A stretch of 64,000 nucleotides of DNA, from the NCBI GenBank assembly GCA_951406725.2, contig OX597826.1:40672001-40736000 (forward strand), read 5' to 3'. Position 1 is the stretch's first letter. Each line of letters begins with the position of its first letter. Source of the stretch: Octopus vulgaris. Taxonomy: Eukaryota. The position numbers and the translations under genes are program-made. A model generated the notes under the pieces. That model searched no databases. It was not told where the DNA came from and was given only the letters and a program-made list of their open reading frames with translations. Positions 14,413 to 25,564 of the stretch are shown here, piece by piece.

Positions 14413-15323
14413 ATGTGTGCATTATGTGGTCGGTTGTGCTGAAAATATGCACACCTATGTTCGCACCTATGTTAAAAGTGCTGGCGAGTTTACATGGCAA
14501 CTATTTTTTCCCTCAAATGAAAGGCGTGACCTCTAGAACAAAATTCCTGATCTTATAAAATGTGGCCCGAGTAGACCCGAATGAAATCGGGTTATATTAA
14601 CCAAAATGTGAAAAGAGTTCTAAATGGGGCTTGAAGGGGATTAAATTTACAGGAGCGGGTGTTTAGGAATTCTCTGTTACATCAAGCTAAAAAATTTGCG
14701 CCAGCCTTTAAATCGTCAATGTGTTGCCGTCCATGATGAAGAAGTTTTGAATGCTTGCCATGGTGAGTCTACTGTCGTGAGAAAGAATCACTTCAAAGCT
14801 TGGTGTCTAGGAATTTTCTTTTACATCAAGTTCAAAATTTTACGCCAGCCGTTAAACTGCCACTACGTTGCTGTTCGTCGTTAAGAAATGCCAGCCATGG
14901 TGACTCTACTATCCTCAGATTATATCCGTTCAAACTTTGGTTTCCAATATTTTTTTTTATTTTTATTCAGCTCGCAAGTTCGTCTGTCCCTTTTAAATGT
15001 TAGTGTTTTGCTGTCTGCCTTGAAGCAGACCTTTCCGTTGTCACTGCCTGATATTTATGATTGATCTTTCAAACTGTTTTATTTCTCAACTTACTCAAGA
15101 TCTTTTGTTGTTTATAAATTGGAGATAGATAGATAGAGAAAGATAGAGAGTAAGAGAAAGCGAAGGAGAGTCCGAGAGAAAGGAAGAGTAAGAGAGTGGG
15201 AAAGTGAGAGAGAAAGGAGAGAGAAACAAAGAGGGAGAATGTGGTGATAAAAAACAGAAAGGAAGCAACAGAAAGTAAGAACCACACTCTTACCTGCGCG
15301 TAGAGCGGGTCACCTTAAGCTAG
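13506..15323 (+). mobile_element. Non-autonomous Helitron
   Basis: A|TCTCTATATTATAA start; cctgcgcgtagagcggg hairpin then ...aagCTAG|T end. An internal direct subrepeat lies at ~14660-14800 and ~14805-14940. Confidence 0.75.
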
Positions 15324-15349
15324 TATATATATATATATATATATATATA

Positions 15350-15850
15350 AATTCTAATTCTAAAATCTCTTTAAGAGATCAACGCAGTAGTTGTACTAAT
15401 AAGTAATGTTCGTAGCCACTTCAACACCCCAAGAAGATATTTCTTCTAGCTGGTTAACGATGCACAGCTGCATCCGAGATATTGCGAGCAGGGGAACGAA
15501 CCCCTACCACCTTCCAGTGATGGGACCAGTAGACCGTCCTTGATCTCTTAGAGAGATTTTAAAACTAGCATTTTTGCTTATTGCAAAATCAGCGACTGTA
15601 TGCCACTTGGAATTTTATATATTGCGAGCAGAAGCGAGCTACTGCTATCTTTAGCAGGCGTAGTGTCCAGTACTGAAGAGAGGCTGAAATAGCCCGAAAC
15701 CAGGCTGGTCTGCTGACCCCGTCAATAGAAGGTGGTAGGAGTTCGCTTCCCTGTTCACAATATCTCGGATGCAGCTGTGAGGAGGCGTCCAGCTAGAGAA
15801 GACGTCTTCTTGAGTTTAAAAAATCGCAGTAAAGCTCATTCGAACTGACA
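15350..15850 (+). mobile_element. Penelope-like element remnant with inverted pseudo-LTR arrangement
   Basis: ~15430-15535 is an imperfect inverted copy of ~15705-15812. A second inverted pair lies at 15361-15382 and 15540-15561. It contains a hammerhead motif and sits next to (TA)n. Confidence 0.7.
15668..15715 (+). ncRNA. Minimal type I hammerhead ribozyme
   Basis: Stem I cagta/tgctg; core CTGAAGA; stem II g(a)ggct-gaaat-agccc; GAAA; stem III ccag-g-ctgg; GUC site with predicted cleavage after 15710. Confidence 0.8.
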
Positions 15851-15935
15851 GTCATGTTGGAGTGGCTGCGAACATTACTTGTATACATACATACATACAT
15901 ACATACATACATACATACATACATACATACATACA

Positions 15936-15966
<31 letters not shown>

Positions 15967-16096
15967 GCACGCACCTGTCGAATGCTACCTGTGGGACACG
16001 AATCCTCAAACCTTGCAGTCCAACATCTTTGATCCAAAAGACTTTTTATTAACCCATTATTTACATGCTATTATTTATAGCTTTATAAAAGCAGAG

Positions 16097-16272
16097 AGCT
16101 GGCAGAATCGTTAGCATACGGAACAAAATGCTTAGTAGCATTTCGTCCGTGTCTATGTTCTAAGTTCAAATTCCGCCAAGGTCGACTTTGCCTTTCATTC
16201 TTTCATCCTTTGAGCACTGGTGTCGATGTAATCGACTTAACACCTCCCTGTAATAGCTGGCCTTATGTCAGA
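16097..16272 (+). mobile_element. SINE family A variant copy
   Basis: gagctggcagaatcgttagc...gttcaaattccgccaaggtcgactttgcctttc. Confidence 0.85.
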
Positions 16273-16373
16273 ACTAGCAAATGCACCCGTCCTTTGGACG
16301 GTGTTATTTATTATAACGGTGCACTCCTGTGAACTGTTTAAGTTGAATAAACCCGCAGTTAGAAGTCGTTTGT

Positions 16374-16580
16374 GGAGGCACATGGCTTAGTGGTTAGTGT
16401 GTCAGCATCATGATCGTAAGATTGTGGTTTCGATTCCTGAACCGGGCGACGCGTTGTGTTCTTGAGCAAAACACTTCATTTCACGTTGCTCCAGTCCACT
16501 CAGCTCGCAAAAATTAGTAACGCTGCGAAACCCGAAACCGGGCCCATGAGCCTGACTAGGCTTTAAAAGGGCGCATTTGT
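16374..16580 (+). mobile_element. tRNA-derived SINE (family D-like, internally deleted) nested in the Helitron
   Basis: tggcttagtgg A box, ggtttcgattcc B box, gtgttcttgagcaaaacactt core. Confidence 0.8.
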
Positions 16581-17169
16581 TTATTTTATAGAAGTGGTTT
16601 CAAGTTGGTAAACGTAAAATGTATAATTACCATTTTCGTCAACAGTTTATAATATGGTATTAAGCAACTTAGGTAATGAATAAAGTGTTTTGAACACAAA
16701 TTTAGCACTTAGTAATAAAGGAAAGGCCATGAAATGAGATCGCAATCGCAGTGGGCATTAGGGATCCTATATCTTACCTGAAGCGTTTTGCATCATATAG
16801 TTATTTTTCTCGTAATGCCTGACACAACCGCATTGAAGTTTTTTTTTTTTTTTTCAATGAAAGTAATTTATGAAAAAGAAAAGTAAACATTTATAGTAAA
16901 CAAATAGAATAATGCCATGTACAAAAATAAATATTGGAGCGTGCCTATGGGCGAACAGCGTGCGTGAAGTAAGGAGGGTCATTGAAGGTAATGTACTGTT
17001 AACAGCGATCAGGGAAATGAAGCAAAATATCAATGAAATACTTGCTAACGGCTACAGTTTGGCACAGATGTGAAGATTGCAGTAGAGGAATAACTGCTAT
17101 AGGGATGCTTTGTAGACGACACTTTTGGTTTTTCCTTCTAGAGTATAAAGGAATAAGCTGCCTGGATGA

Positions 17170-18085
17170 CCAACACTGGGACAACCGACGTAGAACTGAC
17201 CATGTGGAAAGAACTACGTTCGAAGGTCCAATCCAACAACATTCAAGGACTGACCTTGTGGTTTGTTAATTGTCAGGGATAAGCTGAGTTTAAGAGGAAA
17301 CTGAAGTCTCTGCATAGGGTAGGAGTAGTCTGTTGGGGTTAGCGGAATTTTCGGAATGAAAACGGTATCGTTTTCGCCGTGTCTCGTGATAATTTGGGCT
17401 TCAATGACGTGGTCCATCATTTGACCGCAAGGCAAGTTCCATTGCATAGTGTGGGTGCGTTTAGATTTCGTAGGAAGATGACAGAGCAACCGTCTTTTAA
17501 ATTAAGTTCATGGGGAGAGAGTCCTGGAAGATCTTGGGAGTTGAGAAATTCTGTTGGAAAGTGTATAACCTGATCGAGGCCAGTAACCTTGTCAACTGAT
17601 CTGTAACAACGTTCTTGAGAAGGTAGCTAACTGAGTAAGTTGTAGTTAAGAGTGTTGATAGCTGCATTTGTAGGTGCAAGAACAGCCTTGCCGTGAAGCC
17701 AATCTGATTTTATATATTTCGTTGTAAGATTTGGGTAAACGGCGGAACATAAGTCATCAGGACTGGAGAGTGTGGCCAATGGTGGTCCGTTGTTGTCGGA
17801 CGTAATTTGTCTATTGCCGAATTTAAGGAGCATTTCCAAAAACTGGGTTGTAGGCTGACCAGTCTGTAGGAGTGATCTCATGTTGATGGTGAATTGTTTC
17901 GATTGGACAAGCGACCAAAGGAGGGATTTTATAAGACAGGTATTAAGTGCATCAGCGGGGCTTCTTTTGGGTCTAATTGGCAGAGTTTGACGAAAATCTC
18001 CTGCAAGAAGTAGAGTTGCACCTCCGAGGATGTTGTTGTTCGCTTTAAGGTCTCTCATTATGTTATCAAGTAAATGGCCTGTCAC
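17170..18085 (-). pseudogene. Helitron RepHel PIF1-like helicase C-terminal half, degenerate
   Basis: Motifs LLLAGDFRQTLP, VLAPTN, QRLQFPLKLSLSLTINKPQGQSLNVVGLDL and HGQFYVG correspond to PIF1 helicase motifs III-VI; broken by stops and frameshifts. Confidence 0.9.
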
Positions 18086-18519
18086 ATATGCACACACACA
18101 CACACGCTCACACACACACACACATACACACACACACACATACACACACGTCTTCTGTCTCATATATTATAGATAGAAAATCATTATTTATACCTTTATA
18201 TGTAGTTCGAGAACCAATTCTCAAAATGGATTATTCCACATTCTCTCGAAAGTTTATAAATTCTGATGACGTCAAACAACAAACCTATATATATGTAAAC
18301 ACGGCAATGAAATATGCCTTTTATCATATTCTTCCCATAGCTTCGCCTAGAGGAGTCAAAGGATGTTATGTTATTCCATACATCAACGACATAATAGGTT
18401 TTTATTATGAAAGAACCTGATTACGACTTAAGCCATGGCTCTTAGTCTGTATTCTGCATTTTGTAATCCATGTAAATGTACGTATTAAATGTCCTTGTGT
18501 TTACCTGCGTTTGTAATCA

Positions 18520-18617
<98 letters not shown>

Positions 18618-19040
18618 CACAAATTTATATTTTGTGTCAAATTTTTCTCGAGGGCTAATCGATTATTGATCACCGATGAGCTGAAATTACTGTGAAATAT
18701 AGACATACAGCGAAATATCGACATATATCTTTCTCGTTCACCTACGGGGCGATTCGTTTCGCGTGACTTTGAAGTATACAGTGTTTTTCAACACACTACG
18801 TCTATAAGAGGTCTTTCCCTGGATGAAATGTCGCATCTTAAAAATAGCTAACAGCATACATACATTAAGTATGTGACATCGATAACGTAAAAATATATGC
18901 AGATGTATAGAGGGAGAGACGACAGACAGACAGAGTTTAAAAGTGTGCTAGAAGGTATGATATGACATCAGAAACTCGGTAAACCGCTTCACACTCCACT
19001 CTTATTTCACTCAACTATTATTTCATGCAGTATTTATGCT

Positions 19041-19114
19041 CTTAATACTGAGGAATCACGCTAATCGTTTCAGCAAACTTGCCAATCGGCCTATTGAAAC
19101 GTGTGTCTGCTAAG
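19041..19114 (+). ncRNA. Decayed type I hammerhead-like motif
   Basis: Stem I cttaata/tgctaag (one mismatch); CTGAGGA; long, poorly paired stem II; GAAA-CGTGTG-TC. Confidence 0.5.
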
Positions 19115-19154
19115 CAAATCTGAGAAATACCAGTTACGTCTTCTGCGTTCCTTA

Positions 19155-19237
<83 letters not shown>

Positions 19238-19630
19238 CGCCTGCTCGCATGTGTATGTGCAAGCATCTGTGTGCGTGTGTTCATGTGTGTATGTATATGG
19301 TTTAGTTGATGGTAGTGCTACTGCTACTGCTGCTGCTGCTGCTGCTGAAGATGATGATGATGATGATGATGATGATAGAAGAGATTGCTAAAGGTGCTGA
19401 TGATGTTATTGATAACAATAATGTTATTACTCTTCTCTAGTCCCAACACCTTCCCGTTACCACTGACGTGTATGGAAGGTGGCGCAAGGATGGAGTGAAA
19501 CGGGAAGTCAATGGAGCGTGACATAACAGATAAAGAGATGATGTCAGCAATGTGGCAGCCTGTTAGCTGTGAAGCTCATCAAAGATAGTTGTGATGATGA
19601 TGATGATGCTATAGCTGCGCCTGTAGTTTT

Positions 19631-19693
19631 GGCGGCGGCAGCAGCGGCGGCGGTGGTGGTTATGGTGGTGGTGGTGGTGGTGGTGGTGGTGAT

Positions 19694-19732
<39 letters not shown>

Positions 19733-20445
19733 ATCGGCGGTGGCGGCATCGGCGGTGGCGGCATCGGCGGCGGCGGCATCGGCGGCGGCGGCGGCATCGG
19801 CGGCATCGGCGGCATCGGCGGCATCGGCGGCATCGGCGGCGGCGGCATCGGCGGCGGAGGCATCGGCGGCGGCGGCATCGGCGGCGGCGGCATCGGCGGC
19901 GGCGGCATCGGCGGCGGCGGCATCGGCGGCGGCGGCATCGGCGGCGGCGGCATCGGCGGCGGCGGCATCGGCGGCGGCGGCATCGGCGGCGGCGGCATCG
20001 GCGGCGGCGGCATCGGCGGCGGCGGCGGCATCGGCGGCGGCGGCGGCATCGGCGGCGGCGGCGGCATCGGCGGCGGCGGCATCGGCGGCGGCGGCATCGG
20101 CGGCGGCGGCATCGGCGGCGGCGGCATCGGCGGCGGCGGCATCGGCGGCATCGGCGGCGGCGGCATCGGCGGCATCGGCGGCGGCGGCATCGGCGGCGGC
20201 GGCATCGGCGGCGGCGGCATCGGCGGCATCGGCGGCGGCGGCATCGGCGGCGGCGGTGGTGGCGGCATCGGCGGCGGCGGTGGTGGCGGCGGTGGTGGAG
20301 GAGGCAGCGGCGGTGGAGGCAGCGGCGGAGGTGGCGGCGGCAGCGATGGTGGCGGCGACAGCGGTGGCGGCGGCGGCAGCGGCGATGGCAACGGGAGTGG
20401 TGGCAGTGGTGATAGTGGTGGTGGCGGCGACGGAGGTGTTGGTGA
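19631..20445. repeat. Long (GGC)n tract regularly interrupted by ATC
   Basis: Repeating ggcggcggc(ggc)atc units; CpG-rich in an AT-rich background. Confidence 0.95.
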
Positions 20446-20565
20446 TGTGACTAACATCCCTTTAAGATGGGGAACGTGCTCATTTCTGAATCAACTTGAC
20501 ATTTACCGGGACAGAATACACTTTCTATGAAGGTGGGCGTTGGAATGTTGTATACATATACATAC

Positions 20566-20596
<31 letters not shown>

Positions 20597-21111
20597 CGTG
20601 TGTGTATGTATGTGTATGTATACGTATATATATTATTAATATATATATATATATATAAATTTATGCATGTGTATGTGCATATATATAAATATATGTATGT
20701 GCATGTGTGTATATATATAAAGGTAAGTATGCTTGCATGCACGCATGCATGTATGTACATATATATATATGTATGTATATGCATGCGTGTATATATGTAT
20801 GTATGTATGCATGTATGTATGTATGTATGCATGTATGCATGTATGTATATATAAATATGTATGTATAACCCATTCAGCTTGCATAGCAGACACTTTTCTC
20901 ATCAGTTGTCGATCAGATGTCATAATTGTTTCGACACCTTCCAACAGCCTCCGCCAGAGCCGAGTAGCATTGGTACCAACCATGAAATGGCCAGCTTTTT
21001 TCACCTCACACTAACACACTTTCCCTCACTATAGCACACGTAACACTCCTTCATACACACACTGACCACAGCATAACCTTTCCTGCCGTACAACATCTAT
21101 TATTAATTACT

Positions 21112-21493
21112 GGAGGCGCAATGGCCCAGTGGTTAGGGCAGCGGACTCGCGGTCATAGGATCGCGGTTTCGATTCCCAGACCGGGCGTTGTGAGTGTTTA
21201 TTGAGCGAAAACACCTAAAGCTCCACGAGGCTCCGGCAGGGGATGGTGGCGATCCCTGCTGTACTCTTTCACCACAACTTTCTCTCACTCTTACTTCCTG
21301 TTTCTGTTGTACCTGTATTTCAAAGTGCTGGCCTTGTCACTCTCTGTGTCTCGCTGAATATCCCCGAGAACTACGTTAAGGGTACACGTGTCTGTGGAGT
21401 GCTCAGCCGCTTACATGTTAATTTCACGAGCAGGCTGTTCCGTTGATTCGGATCAACCGGAATTCTCGTCGTCGTAACCGATGGAGTGCTTCC
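21112..21493 (+). mobile_element. SINE family C, tail type 1, full length
   Basis: tRNA-like head ggaggcgcaatggcccagtggttagg...ggtttcgattccc; 12-bp TSD attattaattac at 21099-21110 and 21494-21505. Confidence 0.92.
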
Positions 21494-22239
21494 ATTATTA
21501 ATTACCTATTGTGTATCTCTCCCTTTCTCTCAGGATTGGTCTTTGTCTTAGGCATCTTTGCCACATCCATTTTCTATTACAATCTTCATTTCACGAATCA
21601 CTGCCTCTCGCTCCTGCCATTCCTCCAAAGTGCATTTTGCAAGGGATGACTCGCTGTACCAGAATACGTTTCAACGATACATAACTTCTTCACCGTTAAC
21701 AATCACCAATTTCACTCCTTTGATCCCAATTACTTTAGTTCCAATATCTCTCTTACCACTGTAATAATACTTGCGGGAAATCCTTTTAATCTATGCTCGT
21801 CCCTCTCCTACCCATGAGTCCTATACTGTACTTAACACCGCTTTTACTTTCAGGCTTCTCCCTAGACAAGATCAGTCCCTTTAACTACATTCGTGTCTGA
21901 TTCAGGCATAAAGTGGTTTAGTCGATGCCATTGACACCATTTCTTACACAGGTACTTTATCTTATCGATCTTGAAAGACCAAAGGCAAAGTTGACCTCAA
22001 AATGTAAAAATTTGGGACAAATACCACAATGCATTTTTTCACAAAAATGTTATATCAAAGTAATTGTATCATCTTAAATGGCTGATACTGGGATGGATGA
22101 CTGTGGTACTCTCTCCTCTTGGTACCCTAAATAGAGATTTATTCTGCCTTTGTATGAGTCAGACCGAATCGGACATCCATTGAGCACACAGGTATAACTC
22201 GATAAGAGGGTGTATGTATCTTCGCGTGTGCTTGTGTGT

Positions 22240-22297
<58 letters not shown>

Positions 22298-22669
22298 ACT
22301 GGCTGTGTTAGTTCTTCATACTGTAGTAGGTCATCTGTTGCAATGCCCTCCTGCTATACCGCTCACACCTCCGACCCACTACCACTACCAACAGTCACAG
22401 AGCCATTTTGTCCAGAACAAAGAAGAGAATTTCAGTTTGAAATAATTTCCAAAGACAGGCAATAAATTTCCTAATTCTATATCATATTAAACACACTGCA
22501 TAAACACATCCACCCACACAACCACAGAGAGAGAGAGAGAGAAACACATACACACTAAATACAGTCATACACACATACATATTACATATACATAATATTA
22601 CATATACACAGTGAGTACATATATACATAACATAGACAGGGCATAAGCAAGTACCTAAATACATACGTA

Positions 22670-22980
22670 AATCACGTGATCACGTGACCGACCAGACCAT
22701 CAGATGTTGTTACACATCGCTGGTCACAATGCGTTCGCATTGTTTTAGCCTTCGAATGACGCCACCCCGCTGGCTAAGCGAGCAGGCCAACAGAAGAAAG
22801 AGTGGGAGAAAGAGTGGTGAAAGAGTACAGCAGGGATCACCACCCCCTGCCGGAGCCTCGTGGAGCTTTTAGGTGTTTTCGCTCAATAAACACTCACAAC
22901 GCCCGGTCTGGGAATCCAAACCGCGATCCTGCGACCGCGAGTCCGCTGCCCTAACCACTAGGCCTCCACTAGGCGCCTCC
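22670..22980 (-). mobile_element. SINE family C, tail type 2
   Basis: Same head and core as 21112 but a different 3' tail ending cacgtgatcacgtgat; TSD acatacgta at 22661-22669 and 22981-22989. Confidence 0.9.
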
Positions 22981-23015
22981 ACATACGTATATGTATGCAC
23001 ATAATACACACACAC

Positions 23016-23046
<31 letters not shown>

Positions 23047-23356
23047 GTACATATATCTATGAGACACACGGTCACATACGCACACATATATTCACGAAAT
23101 ACAGTTCTTTTTATGTATATGTAACATCATGTGTGTGTGTGTACTGTAAGACCACAGCCAACATCATGATAGAAGTGAGTTGAAGCACACAAATACACAC
23201 ACACACACATACACACTCACACACATATACACACACACACACACACATGCACACAAATGCATGCGCGCGCGCCCGCAAATATCGCACTAAAACTATTATT
23301 GATTACAAAGCATCATTAATCTGAAATACAAAAGATGTTAAGACATGCATCTGACA

Positions 23357-23930
23357 GTGGTGGTCACGGGTGGCGGTGATAATAGTGAGGCTGTGTTGTG
23401 GCGGAGGTGGATGAGGTGCCATGGTAGTACACATTGTTGTGGAAGTACATATTGTAAGTGTTAGTGGTGGCGGTAAATGTTGTGGTGGGGCGGTGGCAGC
23501 GGTGGCGGCGGCAGCAGTGGTGGTGGTGGTTATGGCAGTGGTAGTGATTATGGTTGTGGTGGAGGCTGTGATGGTGGTTGTGATGGTGGTGGTGGTTGTG
23601 GTGGTGGTGGTAGTGGTGGTGGTGGTGGTGGTAGTGGTGGTAGTGGTGGTAGTGGTGGTAGTGGTGGTAGTGGTGGTAGTGGTTATGGTTGTGGTGGGGG
23701 TTGTGATGGTGGTTGTGGTGGAGGTTGTGTGCTGGTTTTGTGGTAGCGATGGTAGTGGTGGATGTGGCGGTTATGGTGGTAGTGGTGGTGATGGTAATGG
23801 TGGAGGTGGTTGTAGTTGCGGTAGATGTGGTGGTGGTGGTGATGGTAGTGATTGCTGTGATGGTAGTGATGGTGGCTATGGTAGTATTTGCGGTGGTAGT
23901 GTTGGTATTAGTATTAGTAATGTTGGTGCT
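23357..23930. repeat. Degenerate (GGT/AGT/GAT)n triplet tract
   Basis: Visible triplet periodicity. Confidence 0.9.
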
Positions 23931-24042
23931 GAAGGGCTTCGATTGAGATAATTTGATTTGATAAACGTTCAACTCGACGTTGCTGTTATAACATTTATAC
24001 TAGACACACACACACACACAAACACATACATACATACATACA

Positions 24043-24073
<31 letters not shown>

Positions 24074-24514
24074 CAAACACACTCATACTATTTTCCACAC
24101 GAAATACATACACATAGACACGCCTACATATATTCACACAGATGCATGCACTCATATACACTTATAGACCTACATACACACACATAAACACACATACTAA
24201 CATATACATACATACTCACACACTGATGTAAGGTTTGATAAAGCCGTGTTTAGAGACGAAATCTTTCATTAAAAAGTATTTCATTGATCCACAAATCTCA
24301 CACTTTAACACAGTTTTTGCCATCTCTCTTGGGAGAAACAATTGTTTGCACTATTTTAGGAAGTTAAGACGACACACTGCATCCGTAACAATGGTTCGAT
24401 TCCCAGTACAGTCATTTCCATTTTACTTAAATCCTCGTACCAACAATTTCCTTGACTGTGCTCCGATAAATAACTTCAAATGGCTCTGATTTGTATCGCA
24501 AAACAGCTGCTGCC

Positions 24515-24921
24515 TCCTATACTCTTTGCTTGATTCAGTCATTTGACTGTGGTCATGCTGGAGCACCGCCTTTAGTCAAACAAATCGACCCCAGGACTTT
24601 TTCTTTGTAAGCCTAGTACTTATTCTATCGATCTCTTTCGCCGAACTGCTAAGTTACGGGGACGTAAACACACCAGCATCAGATGTCAAGCGATGATGGG
24701 GGGACCAAATACAGACACACAAACATATACACACACATATATATATATACATATATACGACGGGCTTCTTTCAGTTTCCGTCTACCAAATCCACTCACAA
24801 GGCTTTGGACGGCCCGAGGCTATTGTAGAAGACACTTGCCCAAGGTGCCACATAGTGGGACTGAACCGGAACCATGTGGTTCGTAAGTAAGCTACTTACC
24901 ACACAGCCACTCCTACGCCTA
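24515..24921 (-). mobile_element. SINE family B
   Basis: Reverse complement of the 12577-13025 family. Confidence 0.9.
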
Positions 24922-25217
24922 TGATTCCATTCAATTCACAAGAATTATAACAGTACATTTGGGAAATAGGTAGAGAGTGAAATAAAATATCTTGTGGTAG
25001 TTAGTTACATCCCTTTCTGTTCCAAGTTCATATCCTTGCCACATTAAGTTTACTTTTCCTCCGATTAAAGACGGTAAAATAAATACCAGACGAAGTTTCA
25101 TGATCGATATAGTCAAATATATACGTTTCAAGATGGAGTCCAAGTATGAGCGGAATTAACTGACCAATAACAGAATAAACACACATATACACACGTGCTT
25201 AACCATTTTCTCACACC

Positions 25218-25265
25218 GTCTCCGATGAATGGATATAAAAAATATCCTGGAAACAGCTGTAAGAC
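25218..25265 (+). ncRNA. Hammerhead-like motif with CCGAUGA core, in a Penelope-like remnant
   Basis: Stem I gtct/agac; CCGATGA; stem II ggatat-aaaaa-atatcc; GAAA; palindromic CAGCTG; GUA site. Confidence 0.6.
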
Positions 25266-25482
25266 CTTCTGTTTATAAATGTTCTAAAATCTTTCATAGC
25301 CTTGGATTTTTATCTCATTCTGAAAATTTTTTATATATATACACATGCTGGTATATGACCTACGTTGGACTCCTTATTCGCATAATCACCAAATTGGAAC
25401 TTAACTATGGTCTGTCCATAACACTTACTCAGCATTACCTGACATCTTTGGGTCTTACTGACACTATTACTTCTCATAACCA

Positions 25483-25564
<82 letters not shown>

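Larger units (their letters stand above)
16274..18173 (-). mobile_element. Internally deleted Helitron retaining a PIF1-family helicase remnant
   Basis: Minus strand starts TCTATAATAT and ends with a perfect hairpin ccgtcc-aaa-ggacgg, 9 nt, then CTAG. The helicase is on the same strand. Confidence 0.9.

Noticed and set aside
19660-20457. Poly-proline ORF resembling a formin FH1 or WASP region
   Set aside because: It is purely the antisense reading of the GGC/ATC repeat, with no adjacent FH2 or WH2 domain or unique coding sequence.
20893-20910. Minus-strand CTGATGA-GAAA as a hammerhead (also CTGATGA at 18263, CTGACGA at 40414, minus CTGAAGA at ~26050)
   Set aside because: Stem II, a correctly placed GAAA, or stem III is missing.
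21112-21190. tRNA genes at SINE heads (also 41800, 61870-61935, 12577)
   Set aside because: A and B boxes are present but run into SINE bodies, several with TSDs, and no complete cloverleaf with terminator is evident.
20868-21900. Possible host exons flanking the SINE
   Set aside because: Multiple stops and a faint resemblance to decayed LINE ORF2 on the minus strand; too weak to call either way.
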